A stretch of 64,000 nt of DNA, taken from positions 654,074 through 718,073 of the forward strand of contig NMRA01000044.1 in assembly GCA_002633005.1 (NCBI GenBank), read 5' to 3'. The translations under genes and the position numbers were made by a program. Shown here piece by piece: positions 23,813 through 37,880 of this stretch. The first letter of the stretch is position 1. Every line of letters begins with the position of its first letter. Under the pieces are notes generated by a model. The model did not search any database, was not told where the DNA came from, and saw nothing but the letters and a program-made list of their open reading frames with translations. The stretch comes from Phoronis australis. Its lineage: Eukaryota; Animalia; Phoronida.

Positions 23813-26800
23813 AAGCTCGTATTATAAATTTAACGACTGCTTGTTTTCTTCAAGGGAGGTAGATGGGATGACTCGGCAGCCACTGACATTAAGTTTTGGT
23901 GCAGAAAACTGAATTCGGATTCCCATGGCGACTCTCGGAGTTCCTTAAATGGGGGATACGAAGGATCTTTCAGTGGAAAACCAGCACATTGTGCGTCTGG
24001 TATGTGTGTTCGCACAGCTTATGCATGTTGGTCTTATGATTGGTTGGAGTCAGCCGGCTAAAACCAGCAATTTTAGATTTGATGGCGAAGTCATTTTAAA
24101 AGCAGATGACCATGCTCAAAGTGCTCGTAGAGACTCTTCTGTGAACTTTAAATGTTTGGCAAGCTGAAATATACACAATTGCCATAGCAACCAGGTATGT
24201 TTGACAATAGTTTTGTTGTATCCAGTTGACATTTCTAAATGGTGGGGAAAGATTGTGCCTCTGTGTATATGAGTTTAACTAGCTTGACACGGACATGAAT
24301 GACCAGATTAAAGTTTCGTGGGTTTCCTAAACTGAATAGAATTTTGGGAGCCCCGGTTATCTTCCCTCCCTTAGCTACTACAGATTTCGAGCTATTCCCC
24401 AAGTCGCCATAAATTGTCAAGAATTCGACCTTGTCAATTTTTTTTTGATTTCCCCCCTCTTATCTCCACCACCTCCGCCCCCCATACTCCTGATGTCGCC
24501 AATTTTGTGCCGGCCTCCCATGTGCGCCTTATACGGAGACAAACCTTAGGGAAGCAGCCTTCATAACTTGAGCAATCATGTTTTAACAAAATTTCACGGA
24601 CAATGATATCAGTGCTGTAGTGGTAAAATTAGAGGTAAGTAGGCGCCCAAAGCCCACCGTATCACATTGATCACTGAACGTAGGCGTTACGTTCAAATGT
24701 CAAAAGGTGGTTGGCTGCGACTACGTGCGCCTACGCCCCACTGCAGGACTGAATGATAATGAGGCTTAAGTAAGGGCCAGCTCATACGGATAGTTTGAAG
24801 CTGGACTGTGACCTTCAAGTGAACAATAACTGTGAGCTGACAGCTCACGCAGACTGAAGGTGTGAACACATGAATTGAACGAACTGGGCTAGGCAATAAA
24901 TCACTTAAGCCAGGCAGCTCAACTCATGGTTATCGGTCTGTGCTGGACCTAAGTTCCAGATTTACGTTACTATGGCCCAATTTGGGGAAAGTCCACTTTT
25001 ATTAAGTTTATGCTTTGAAGGTATATTTTGAAAAGTTGAGGCTCCAGGGTCACTGGTACAGTGCCTATGGGACTGTTTCAAAACCCTTTATGAAAGCACG
25101 AGTAATCCAGTTTTTGATTTCTGGGGACAAATCACGCAGGATATCCTAAATAGTACTCACACCCCAATACAACGCCCGGAGTTCAGATTTAGCTCCCGTG
25201 GATCAGATTGTGCGCCTTGGTGTACTGTATTGTAACACTTTGTAGTAAAAGTGAATGCGTGATCCATCACATGCTTTGCAGGAAGGGAAATGGCAAACCA
25301 ACTACTCAATTTGGGAGATCGAAAATATATTGTGCAATGATACTAAACATGAAAAACACAAAGAAAATGCAAAAGCAATTAATCTTTCCACGTTCATGTG
25401 CATTGCGTTTTACTTGATTTAAATACTCAAATCCTTTTTTCCTCTTGTCTTTAAAGTTAAACAACTAAATTTTGTTTATCAATCAAGAAACAATGCATTC
25501 ACTGTCATTTGAATTATGAGTACATTTTGGGACACCCTGTAGAACTGTTCGGAGTACATCAGTACCTTTCAATGTTGTTTCAGATAGACATGAATGGTCT
25601 AACATACTTTTCTATTTGGGAATCGGATGCAACTATGTTCACTGAAACATCGACAGTTCTTAAAATATTATCTTCCAATTGTCAAAAATTCTATATGAAT
25701 AACGCAATTTTCACAAATACACCAATATGTAAATCAGAAAGCAACAAATTCGTTGTTTATCGAAACGGAATATTATTAGCAATTCCCGAGGACAAGATTG
25801 CTGACAATCGGGAGTTACATGGGAGGCGGAACATTGTACAGGATTTTGGGGTCCACCAAGAAATGGTGGTCTGCATGGTCTTCAAACTTCAACGCTTTTG
25901 CTCGTAGATACATGCTGTATTTATAGAGAGATAAAGGGGGAATTGCCACGAACCGCCACCCCGAGAGAGAATCTCGTCTGAAATTGGACTAAATATAATT
26001 AAAAATAGGTATGAGAGATATTAATTCATTATCCCGTGACCCTCCAACAAGCGATCTTTGTTAACCTAAAAGGTTATACGGTATCAAAAAACAGAAAAAA
26101 GCTGGTACTCGAATCCATCACTGGACCTTCTCTCATTAAGAAGTTATCAATAAAAAAGACACCAAGAGTGGCAGCATGGACGATATCAACGCACCCTCTC
26201 CAAGGGCTGGGCTCCTAAACATGAAAGAAATGAGCAGCGATCCCATTGATGCTCTGTGACATTTTTTCAATTTTCACCAAGTGATATACAATTTCTATTG
26301 AAAAAAATGAGATCGACAAATTACTCCGCTATTCCTTGTCAAAGAGAGGTACTTTCAGAAATATAATTAAGTTTTGCATTCCCAAAATTCTCTTATTGGA
26401 GTTTAAAATCCCTGCTTTGAATTGACCAGTTGTACTTAAGCTGTGCTTTAAAAAATTCTGGACTGTTTCAAAACACATATATGAATTATTAAGTACATTT
26501 TGTCAAGTGCGCTTAGACGATGTATGCTGCAAAATGGGGCTGCCAAACAACTATGTCCTCAACAGGACCCTCAAAGTGTAAAACAAGTGCTGGTAGTTGA
26601 CAAATTTCTCTTGAGTTATCTTATTCTCCTTTCGATGTCTTACTTTTCTGGACTGCCCCCGTCCCCAAACCCATGTCGGTTGTAACAGTTTAACCATGAC
26701 GCGTGGAAATAATAGAACGGGGGTTCACGTGCCCTCTTCTCACGACCCCGATCAGACAAGGGATTCTCGTGTTGACTAGACAAGCCATCCATTTTGTTGC

Positions 26801-27397
26801 ATAAATCTTCCGATGCTTAAAGGATGAGTTTGCCACAGAAAAGTGTTCAGATCAATCGGACGATTATTGAGGGCGCCAACAGGACGCCAACATTAAAAAT
26901 TACCATTGGCGCATCATCAGGCGTCACGCCGAGTTGTGTGGGGGCAGCAGTCGAGAAAAGGTGGCTACAGCGAAACATGATATACATGTAAACGAAAGAA
27001 AACTTGTCAACTACCGATGCTGGGATTATATTTGTGGTTCCTGGACAGGAGGCTTTTGTTAAGAGAGCTTAGATTTTCTGAAATATTATTTCATCGTTTA
27101 GATTATTAAATTTCAGAACGAAGAGTTTTAAGGTATGCAAAATTGTATTTCACCGGGGATCATTTTCTGGAAAAAAATAAAGCAATTGCTTCCTGTTTTT
27201 GACATTGTATTCTCTTCTTATTTAAGAGCCCCAATCTTGGAGGGACTCGTTGATGACATGCAGGACGCTCTTTCCCGGTTTTCTGTTTTTTATTTTTTTC
27301 ATAACCTCTTAGGCTTACAAATGTCCAATTTTGGAACATGGTATCTTAGAAATGACTGACCGGATTGATATAAAAGCTTCAGATGTTCTGTAAAACA

Positions 27398-29148
27398 TTT
27401 TTATGCGCCCACATATTTTTATGTGGACGCATTATGCGTTATCTCCGTCTGTCCGTCCGTCTGTCCGTCCATCCGTGCGGCGTCCGTCCGGCGTCCGTCT
27501 GTCCGGCGTCCGCTGTTCTATCTCCAAAACCCTTTGACGTACGTTCATGAACTTTTGCACATATATGTTCCTATTATAAATGGGACGGCATGAGCGAACT
27601 TTCGGACGGATCCGACTACCGGTGTACCCCCTAGTGGCAGTTTTTAGTTTTTTACGCTTGCCTTTATATCTTCAAAGGTCCTCAACGTATTTTCCTATAA
27701 TTTTGTATATAGGCATCTATTAGTCAGACGACGCTATCCTGGATGGATTCGACGCAGTTTGCGCCACCTAGTGGCCATTTTTTTCGAGTCTGTTTTTTGG
27801 CGTCCACCCCTCTATCAACCAAGCCGCTGTAAGGATGATTGTGGAAATTGGCATGTATGTTTTTACTATGAAGCGAACGGCTGACGATAATTTTCGACTA
27901 CTGTGGCGTCTCCTAGTGGCATTTTTTTGCGCCCATGGCTGTATCTCGTAAACCGTTGGCATGACCTTTGCTAAATTTGGCAAGTGTATTTATATGGTGT
28001 TGACAATGGATGATGACGACTTTCGGACGGATCTGACTACCGGTGTGCCCCCTGGTGTCAATTTTAATTGTTTAACGTTTACCTCTGTATCTTTAAAGGT
28101 CCTTAACGTATTTTCATAAAGTTTGGCATATAGGCATCTGTTAGTGAGATGGCGCCATTCTACAATTTTGGATGGATTTGATGTAGTTTGCGCCACCTGG
28201 TGACCATTTTTACTGTTTTTAGTCTGTTTTTGCTTCCACCCCTCTATTAACCAAACCGCTTTAGGGCTGATTGTGAAAATTGGCATGCATGTTCTTACTA
28301 CGAAGCTGACGATGATTTTCCAACGATTTTGATTACTGTGGCGTCTCCTAGTGGCAGTTTTGTTTTTTTGCGCCCGTGGCTGTATCTCCTAAACCGTTTG
28401 AAACATCTTTGCTAAATTTAGCAAGTGTATTTATATGATGTTGACAACGGATGACAACAACTTTCGGACGGATCTGGTTACCAGTGTCCCCCCTAGTGAC
28501 AATTTTCATTTTTATGCTTACCTCTGTATCTTCAAAGGTCCTCAACGGATTATCTGAAAGTTTGAAATAAGGCATTTATTGGTGAGATGATGCTATCCTC
28601 CCGCTTTCCGATGGAATTGAGGTACTTTGCGCCACCTAGTGGCCATTTTTCCTGTTTTCGAGTCTTGTTTTTTGGTATCCACTCCTCGATCAACCAAACC
28701 ATTCTAAGGATGATTTTGAAAATTGGCTCATATGCTCTCAGTGTGAAGAGGACGGTTGACGTAGTGGTAGTTTTGCTTTGTTTTGGGGCCATAGCTGCAT
28801 CTCCTAAACTCTCTACAGAGTCTTTATTAAATTTAGTAATTGTATTTATATGAAGTTAACAGCAGACGAAGACGTTTTTCAGGCGGATCCAATGAACGCT
28901 GTGCCCCATAGTGGCAATTTTATTTTTTTCGGTTTTCCTTTTTTCTCTGAAGTTCCTTGACAGATTTTTATGAAATTTGGTAAACATTTTTCTGTTAAAG
29001 GGGCGATGGCATGTTCTTATTTTCAGATGGATTGGAGGTTTTTTCGCCATCTATTGGATAATTCTATGAAACAAATATACAACCCTAGATTCACTCTGTT
29101 TGCGGTGCATTCCTTGGGCGCATTTCAAAGCTTCGCGTTGCTCTTGTT
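27398..29148 (+). mobile_element. Helentron-associated non-autonomous element (HINE/DINE-1-like) with a ~415-440-bp tandem array
   Basis: 5' subTIR ATGCGCCCA (27403-27411) forms a hairpin with ATGTGGACGCAT, then a (GTCC)n microsatellite at ~27444-27512. Units are marked by TTCGGACGGATC-like motifs at 27601, 28022, 28463 and 28878. 3' subTIR TGGGCGCAT (29115-29123) and a CTTGTT terminus. Confidence 0.82.
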
Positions 29149-31189
29149 AGGAATTTTTAAGAAGTCCCACTTTTGCATGAAAGGTTATCAAAATAGGACT
29201 TCAGTGATTTTAATTTACATTTTTCAATTGATATATAAGGAAAACGAAGCGATAATTTAGAGAACTGTAACAGCGTTTTTATAATTTCATCTGGGACATT
29301 TAGTTCACATGAAATATCATGTTATTGATCATGTTGTTTTGCCAAGAGTTTACCTTTCTGTTTTGCTAAATTTTCCTAAATTGGTATAAAGTAAAAAATC
29401 ACGTTATACGGATTTTCGACTTTCAGAAATATCTATTTTGCCGACATAGTTTTGTAGACATTTGGCTACGTGTACATACTTGTGATAAAATTATTTTTGA
29501 GCTTAAAAGAGCCACTACAGGAGAAGTGCTCTAATGACGGAATCAGTTACCTCCTTTGTCCTGTTTTTTGTGAAATCACATAATCTTTTATGTTAAGGGC
29601 AATCAGCTTTTAAAGGGTGGCCCAGTGATGGAATTGTCACTATTTTCCAGTTTTTGATAATAAAGACTTCCTGTAAAATGTACCCCCGTTCAGACGTGGT
29701 TCTCACTCGGAGGGGCATCTCAGCGAAACATGTAGAGATTAACACCAAAAATAAGAGAATACTTACGAATACCAAGGCTGGATTTATCCTTTCTATGCCC
29801 TAGCAAGGGGATGTTTTGCAGATAAAACCGTCCATGATACGAATTTCAAAACGTACCTACTTAGAAAAATCTGAGAGCACTAATATCCCAGATCAAATCA
29901 ACTAGTAGTTAACCTTCGTATTTTGCATTTATCGCCTGGCCTTATCGTTTCTCACCAATGAAACACCAAACAGCGATGCAAAATTGTTATGGATACATTC
30001 AAATGTCGATGCTTAGAGTTGCTTTATTTCATGATTGCTGATATTCTATAGGAGCGGCCATCTGCAGTATTCAGACGCTCGTTGAAGATGACCAAAGAGG
30101 CGGCGACGATACAGCTCTCAACAATGTTCGTTTCCATTGTTGCAAGCAAGAAGATGGCATTTCGGCAATTGGCTAACTTTCTTTATTCGATGAACCATCG
30201 TGTCATGATTGATTTCATATCTACAAGTAAAAATCGATCTGTTTACTCATACAGGTTTTAAAATGCACCCCGTCAACAAATTGCAAACTACCTGACATTA
30301 CAGCTTTAAGAGGTTAATTGTATCCATAGAAACATACAATGTATTTACATTCCAATAGCTTTTTCTACTCTGTTGTGCTTCACAGAATGAGTAATATACC
30401 TGTATAAAACACAAACCTCTCTGTTCAATATTATTTTTCATAATATTTAAGCTACTTTTGAGTTCTCACCAAAAGTTACATCAGTAAAACCATTGTTTTC
30501 CATCAAAACACAACATGGTTATAGGCTCAAAATACAAAACAAAGGCACTAAATATTTTTTTTGTTTTTGAAACTGATTTTAAAAAGTGGTTTTCAGCCAA
30601 TTTTCTTGAATTTTGTCATATTTGTCACGTTTTCAGAATGCTCAGAAAATTACTGTAATGATGGTATGGTAATCACATAAGGGTTTTGTATTTCTTTAAA
30701 TAACTTAGAATACTTCATTCAAACCTTTAGTCATTCACATTCACCCAAATGTATGAATTAATTGATTAAAATTAAGATTTTGCCTTTTTTGAAAAAAAGA
30801 AGCGTCACTTCCTCATTTCAGAGTAGGGTAAAAACATTAAAACTGTTAAATGTATTTTGTAAGTTTTTATTTACTTAAAAGGGCATATTGTTAATCAAAA
30901 TGACTATAAAAGTAGAAATATAGGTTTCTAGGTTTAAAGTTCAATAATAGTGAAAAAATACTCTATCTGGTTTTTAATCAACCAGTTTTACAAAAACATG
31001 GGATATACTTAAAAAGCAAGCAGTCAAAATATCTTTCTACTGGAATTCATCTAGAACACCAGTTCAATCAAGCAGCCAATAAAACTCAGAAATGTATTGT
31101 GCTGATGGGTACCTGATTGGGTTTAGTTTTTGCTGACTTTACTTAAAACAAATGCTTTTCTCATACACTTACGTTTTTAAACTTCATCA

Positions 31190-32360
31190 AAATCGTCATC
31201 ATCATCATTGTGATCTAAACAATGTCAGTTGGACCACTATTATTGCAGTTAGAACACCTACACAGATCCGAGACAAAACAGGAGCACGGTTTTATGTAGC
31301 ATTGACTGGTTTTACATGAGCATACCATTGACTTGATGACATTACTCGGTACTGTAGACTTCCAAACAATAAATACTGTATCATCCTCAACTTTTCAACC
31401 ATCACCATCTGGTGAGGGAGCATTCATTAATGGAGTCAGAGACAAGTGGTGGATCCTCGCTTAGTAGTTGCACCATTTTATGATGCATTAACGAATCCTG
31501 TGTTAGTGGTATTTGGTAAGTTTTCCTCAGATGATGGTAAAACACAGAAATGTTGTATCTTGATTCACTGACACTGTGGTAATTCTGACCAAACAATTAG
31601 CACACAAATAATTGCAGAGAAGTAAGGAGACTTTTGGACAGCTGGAATTCAGCACCCAGCACCTGAAACGCTGTCTGAAAATTTGAATCTGACAAAACCA
31701 GCTGCAACTCCTTCTTTTTTCCTTGCCAAAGAATGCACTAATGCTGTCAGAACCTTTAAATAAAATCATCGCAACACTTTCAGTATCGATTTAAAGGAGC
31801 GCTAATTTCACTCTTGAAGACTGAATCCAAAACCTGTTTTGGAACGTCACCTCAGTTAAATGGATAAAAAAACTACAATCTGCTTCCAAAAATTACTCAT
31901 TATGTCACAAAAGGAATTCCCAGTGTCCAAAGCAGATGGTCTTTGTCGTAACGTGGCCAAAATGATACTGTGTTAAGAATTTTTTATTGGAAAAACCGAG
32001 TTTAGTGCCCTTTTAAATACAAGTAGTTTTTACAACAATATTTACTGTTGTGTTCAAGTCGAAGCATTGTGGCCTGTAACAAGTTTGCATATAATGAATT
32101 GTCATTTTCTCAATTTTAATTCAATCAAAACCGATTTAAAATGTATCCTATGGATTTCATCGAATTTAGCATAACCTTCACCTGTAAATGCGTGCAAGTT
32201 AATGAGAGCTGAGCAGACATCTGATGACAAATTCTCAAATACTTTCTCAACATCAATTATTCTGCAGTTGCTCTTTCTACCAGTAATGAAGTACAACTTG
32301 CATGGGAATTTCTCTTGAAGATACAGAGCTATTATTTCTACATCCATGCCCGGGCTTCGA
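31190..32360 (-). pseudogene. Academ-like transposase remnant (XPG/H3TH-like region and CXC tail)
   Basis: IRSPG.DV...LYFITG..RIIDV...ALINLHAFTG; GSDSISAFFGK; C-terminal VCSCKTSQC...CSC...DLCRCSNCNN. Confidence 0.7.
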
Positions 32361-32629
32361 ATAGGGATTGTTCTAAAGCCCCCTCGACCCACGAGCCACA
32401 ACCCCCCTCGACCCAGTCTACACAAGCTCGACTCGATCTGAACATAGAACAAGTGCTGACTTGCAGAACCATCGAGTCAGGCCGTGAACTCGGCTGGCTT
32501 TTCACTGTTTTTGCAATTATTACAGTCGATTGGGCAATTTTGAAAGCCAAAAACAGAAAAAAAATAACGCAATCAAATCAAACCAAAGAATTACCAACGT
32601 TACAAATGTAGTTCCCAGCAATTCAGTAC

Positions 32630-35600
32630 AAGGTTAAAAAAACACCGTGTACAAATTTTGCTAACCCCCTGGTGGCCGCTATGCACAAAATCCAATATGA
32701 CTGCTGCCGAAAATGGAAATTGGAGTATCGCGGCTATTATTATCACTAGAACATATTGTCATACCATTCTTTCAATATTTTCAAGCAAAAGTAATTAAAA
32801 ATAACTCAAATTTATGTTTGTCCTCATATAAGTTACTTTATTTATTTAATGGCTGTGATTTGCTGTACAAAATCCTAGAATTACCATTTTCCAAAAATAG
32901 ATTTGCACATAATAGGATTGTCCAGCTGACTGTGGTAATACTTCTAGACTGAGACATGTAGAAACATAAATACTTTACTAGTACCTGAATGAACAGAAGT
33001 TCTCCCAACTACTGATGGCTTCTAGTTTGTGTCATGTACTTATAAAGCAATCAGACATTGAGAAAGATCCAATGTCAAGTTTAAGAGTCATTGCTGGTGC
33101 AGGCATCTTCACATCGAGTCCAGCTCGATGGCATTTACAATTGCCTTTACAGACAACCAAACAGGCACAATGGAAAAGTAGGCAAAATTCTTGGCTTACA
33201 TCTTTCAATATGGCGCCCACTGTTTAATTCTAGTATTTATTTCCCAACCCCATTGGCCTGGGTGTGGAATCTGGGATTTCTTGACAAGGGACTGTTTCCA
33301 AACAAAAGCTGGAGACATGAGGGCACACTTAGCATGTTGGAATGAAGCATGATGAGTTGGTGGTAGAGATTCCAGAGTCTTGAAGTCATGAATGAACAGA
33401 AGCTTTCTTGTCTCAGTTACAGAATGTTTCCCGGAATTCTTACTGTACATTAGTACTGACGAGCTCTCAAGGTGTCGCATAGGCAGTGAGTCAAGTGTGA
33501 TCAATTGGACCATGAGTGATGGCAATAAAAATATCTATGACCTCAGGAAAAGCAGCCCAAGCATTTCATGTACTTCTTTTTCCATTCCCAATCATTGCTG
33601 AGAAGACATCACAACATGTCAGTGCATGGAAGAATGGCAGTGCTTCACAATCCAAATCTGATCCACAACTCTGAGAGGCCTAGGAAGTGAAGGAAGCTGA
33701 CATCTAGCACCACCGCGTCACTGTCAACTGCCCTAAGGTACATGTAAGCCTTGGTGTGACCTTGAACAGTTGTATGTTACAAAAGCAGAATAATCCTCGA
33801 GTCAGCTTGCTCCTGTTGACATGGGAACAATGTCTGCTGCTTTTCTGCCGAGTACTAGGTTGGCCTTTGTTGAAAGAACTTATTACTAAGAATCAGCTGT
33901 ATCACTCAGATAGTCCTGGTAAATGAACTGGAAGAGCTCGTCCTTGTTTTAACAATCTTTGATGAATGTCTGCCACTGAGTTCCCTTGCGCATTGATATC
34001 TTAGCCGGGACCCGTGTGCGTCGCATTCCAGTCCCACCACACTCCACACGGGTCTGGGGTTTCAGATTATATTCTCTCCGTACATGTCCCAGACTGCTGT
34101 GTGTCATCTGGCTTTGCAAGTATGGAAGCAATTGCACCTGTGTGTACTCCCAAACACTTTAGCACGCTGGGGTTTTGTAATATGTAATAGGGCGGCCATA
34201 TCGAGAACGGCCAGGAACAGCCATGCCAAGCAGACATGCAAGAATATCAGGCTTGGTTCCTGATCGAAGTTTACTTCTACCGCTCAAGGACGCGGGTTCG
34301 CGCAGATTTTCGTGCTCTGCATCAGGACATGCTTGGAGTGACATAAACATCTTCATGATGGGAGCCGTATTCGCTTTGGCAGATCCCAGTTGTCACCACC
34401 CTTCTTCCAATCAGTGGGTGGTCTGTTGGCGAAAGTAAAAAAGTTGGTCCTTGGATGAAGTCAGACAACGGTTTGGTATTAATTTCAATTCTGGTTTTAT
34501 CAAACTCTTTGAATTTGGTTTTACCATTGTTGGAGCTTCTTTAAGACAGTTCATGATCTCAGGATCCATAATCTTTCCAGTGTCTAAAGTAATACGATCT
34601 AAGCCAGTCTCCTTGAATGGATTGACAAATCGACCCTCCTTCACAAGGTCGCATAGAGTTTTGAGGTCCTTCAGAAACTTTTTTGTTCAGCAATGGAAAG
34701 CAGAGGATGCTCCAAATTGTCCGTGTGTCTTGGCGTAGAGAAGCATATGTCCTCAAACTTTTCAATTACCCCGAGCACTTCTTGATTTGAGAGCGCAATC
34801 ATTTCCTTTTCTTCTTCTTGGCCATAGAGTACCTTTGCACCAATGTCTTTATTCAAAAACTTGATATCTTGCTGTTGGCTCTGGTCAAGAGCCATCAAAG
34901 AAAACTTCTTGTCGCTATCTTGAACAACTATCATCCCTTCCATGAAAGCTTCGTGTGCTGAAGGGTGGGTATGTCGAAGTTTTGTCATGTCTTTCAAGTA
35001 AACAGGCATCCAGTTTGCGTAATGCAAAATACCATGGGTACAGTTCTTCATTGTCTTTTAAAGTCAATTGCCAATTGCCCAGTCGCTGACCTCGAATGAA
35101 GCAACAGTTAATGAGCAGGTAGTCTCTCAGAATTTCCCAATAAAAAATGTTGGAGCATTGGTGACTCATTTTCCCCCACATATCAACGCTTTCGTGAGGT
35201 CCATAGCCTTCATGACAGAACTCATCATGTACCTGTTCCTTTAGCACTTTAAGCAAGGTAAGAGTGAGCTTGTATGCATACCTGGTACGCTTTATAATCT
35301 TTTCACCCAGAAGAGATGTTAAAACACCAGGAAGGAAGATATTGGCTAGGGAGAACATGTGGTAACATCCAGATCCATCCAACAGTTCACCTCCACATTC
35401 TTGAGGTGCCTTTTCAATGTGGAGCATGCCCATGAAGTACACCTTTTTTGAACTCCTCGCCCCCAAAATATTGAATGCATGGTATTACATTATGTTCTAG
35501 TGATAATTTATCCATTGGGGTCACCAGGGGGTTAGTTTGCGGTGTTTTTTTTTTTACAAATGTTAAACCAATTCTGACATTGTACCAAATTGCAAAAACT

Positions 35601-35642
35601 TGTCACAAAGTGCTCGTTTTTTAGTACTTCCATACCCGCTAT
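32630..35642 (-). mobile_element. Academ-like DNA transposon, decayed
   Basis: MGMLHIE, RGQRLGNWQL, HYANWMPVYL, MALDQ, NPF, QADSR, PFFHALTCCD, LPPT...QH...W...GWE and CACLVVCKGNCKCHRAGL. Terminus TAGCGGGTATGG at 35642 (minus). An inverted AAAAAACACCG...CTAACCCCCTGGTG remnant lies at ~32637-32675 and ~35520-35553. Confidence 0.78.
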
Positions 35643-35699
35643 AGGGGATTTCTAGAAAAAATCACAAAATTTGCGAGTATTTCAAATAGTCTATTGGTC

Positions 35700-36003
35700 T
35701 ATTTACACCTATTTGTGGTATAATTACATTGGCACGACGCTTTGGTGGGTTACTTCAAAGGCCATATTCAGGTTTGCAGCGCTCTCAGCAGAGCGAGCTC
35801 AGGTACAGTCAATTTTGGATAATGATGAGCACCTTTTTCGTACTTTTCCTGCAAGCCAGGATTGAACTAGGGACCTTTAGAGTGTTAAAACAGTGCTCCA
35901 ATCATTACACCACCGAGTGATCCTGTAACACCTGAAAATAGCCGGAGAAGTGACAGACCAAAACGTCGTGCCTATGTAAATGTGTTGGAAGTTGGTGTAA
36001 ATA
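35700..36003. repeat. tRNA-like head (minus strand, 35855-35922) flanked by ~80-bp diverged inverted arms
   Basis: A-box-like TGGTGTAATGA and B-box-like AGTTCAATCC on the minus strand. Arms 35700-35779 and 35923-36003 are inverted and about 70% identical by eye. Confidence 0.55.
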
Positions 36004-36442
36004 TGCGAACAGCGTTAAGGTTTTTTTCTTTGAATTGATTTATAAGTAATTTTTTCAATTGTTTCTATACCTTTTATAAAAGCAGTATGCCGTTAATTAG
36101 TCTCCATTAACGACAACAGCTTGGGAAGAAACAAGAGGTGTGATTTCTCAAAGTTTATCTAAAACATATGTGTTTTTGTCACCCACTCTTTCTATCCGTA
36201 TTACTTGTATAACTGTTTTAGAGATAAGAAACGCCTAAAATGTTTACAGAGAACAAGGAAGCCATCAAATTCCTTAAAGAGACACTACGAGCAGTCGTAT
36301 ACCACGGGACGGTGTTTCAAATTTTCCTGTTGGAACTTTGACAATAGTTTTAATGTCAATGGTTGATTCTAAAAACGCTTGCCTTGACAGCAAAACTGAA
36401 CACGTTTATTTCGAGGCCGTATTAGCAAGGACTGCACCTATG

Positions 36443-37845
36443 TTAAACAAGTAATAATAATACGTATATTTGTATTGAATGTCTCTGGCCCAAAGTACAA
36501 TAAACAAAACAATTAATCAGGCACATTTGCAACCCATTTAAGAGTTGTTTTCGTATTTTAAGGGCAAAATACGCATATTTAACAGCAGATATATCTGGAT
36601 TAGCGAGCAGGCGTATACAGGATTCTTGAGTTGGATGCCTCCATTGAACTTCCTTCACAAAACGTGACCTAAGTTCACAATATCCCTTGCAAACCAACAG
36701 GAAATGGCATTCATCCTCTACAAGACCATCATTGCAAGCCATACATAATCTATTGTAATAATCCACTTTCTCGTGTCTACGCACTTCCACTTGTAGTCGG
36801 TGGTTGGAGCAACGTAAACGAGTAAACGCTTGAATAAGACTATGGTGTAGCGGTAACTTAAGATATGGTTCAAAACAATACAGACTCTTAAAGATACAGT
36901 AGAATTTAAGTTTTGCATTATGCTCAATTTCTGATCGCTAACCTTGTTCATAACAGTCATTAACTCTTTGCGCGTAGAAACTTAAAAACGAGACGTCGCA
37001 CGTGACACTTTGATTCAACCAAATTTCATAAAAACCGTATTTTGATAGCAATTGTCTAACAGAAGATACCCAAGTATTGCTTCCATTCCTATCTAAATCA
37101 ACTAACACGTCATAAGCCGCTTTAGCGTATCTAGTAGGTGGCATTTTCAATAACTTTAGCCAATATTTTACACACGTGACATAATGCTTTGCATAGAGCG
37201 GATAAATTCCACATTCACCCAATACAGCTGCGTTTGAGCAAGAGTATCCAACTCCAAGAGCAATTTTACAGAATTTAACATGAACATTTTCAAGCCATTC
37301 GTATTCTTTGAATCCCCAGATTTCTGCGCCGTAGCACATAGTAGGTACAGCAATTTTATCAAACAGTTCAAGTGATAGGCTCAATGGTAATTCCGTGCAC
37401 CGGTTTCTAATTTTAGAGATGGACATAGCAGCTTTACTACCTTGACGTGCCAGAGTTTTAGTGGCTTTGGACCAAACTAATCTTGGTGTGAAAAATATTC
37501 CAAGATATTTATATTGGGAGACAACCTCCACTACTTAGTTTCCATAATACCACTTCTCATACGCTCTGAGTGGCCCGCCATTTCTAAAAACAACGATCTT
37601 ATTTTTTTTCAGATTTACACTCATGCCCCAAGAAGAGCAATAATCATAAAGGCAATTTAACATTCTTTGCAAATTAATTTGAGTGCTCGAACACAGAACC
37701 ATGTCATCAGCATACAGCAGCGATTTGACGTGCGGAGCCTCTTCATTGATATAAATCCCTCTAGTATTTTGGGCATTATCGAGGACTTCGATAAATTCGT
37801 TCAGATACATGATAAACAATAGTGGGCTGATCATACACCCTTGTC
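36443..37845 (-). mobile_element. 5'-truncated non-LTR retrotransposon (RT C-terminal half plus CCHC-like tail)
   Basis: QGCMISPLLF, LLYADD, YKYLG, YGAEIWG and RLCMAC...EDECHFLLVC; (TTA)n-like 3' tail; stops and frameshifts. Confidence 0.9.
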
Positions 37846-37880
37846 TGGACTCGACATGTCAAGGGCTCATTGGTATCAGA

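Noticed and set aside
25060-25541. Tc1/mariner-like terminus GGGACACCCTGTA at ~25529-25541
   Set aside because: No partner TIR or transposase remnant found.
25509-25907. 132-aa ORF, and other short ORFs, as host exons
   Set aside because: No recognisable domain or consistent splice structure; most short ORFs are antisense or off-frame shadows of TE sequence.
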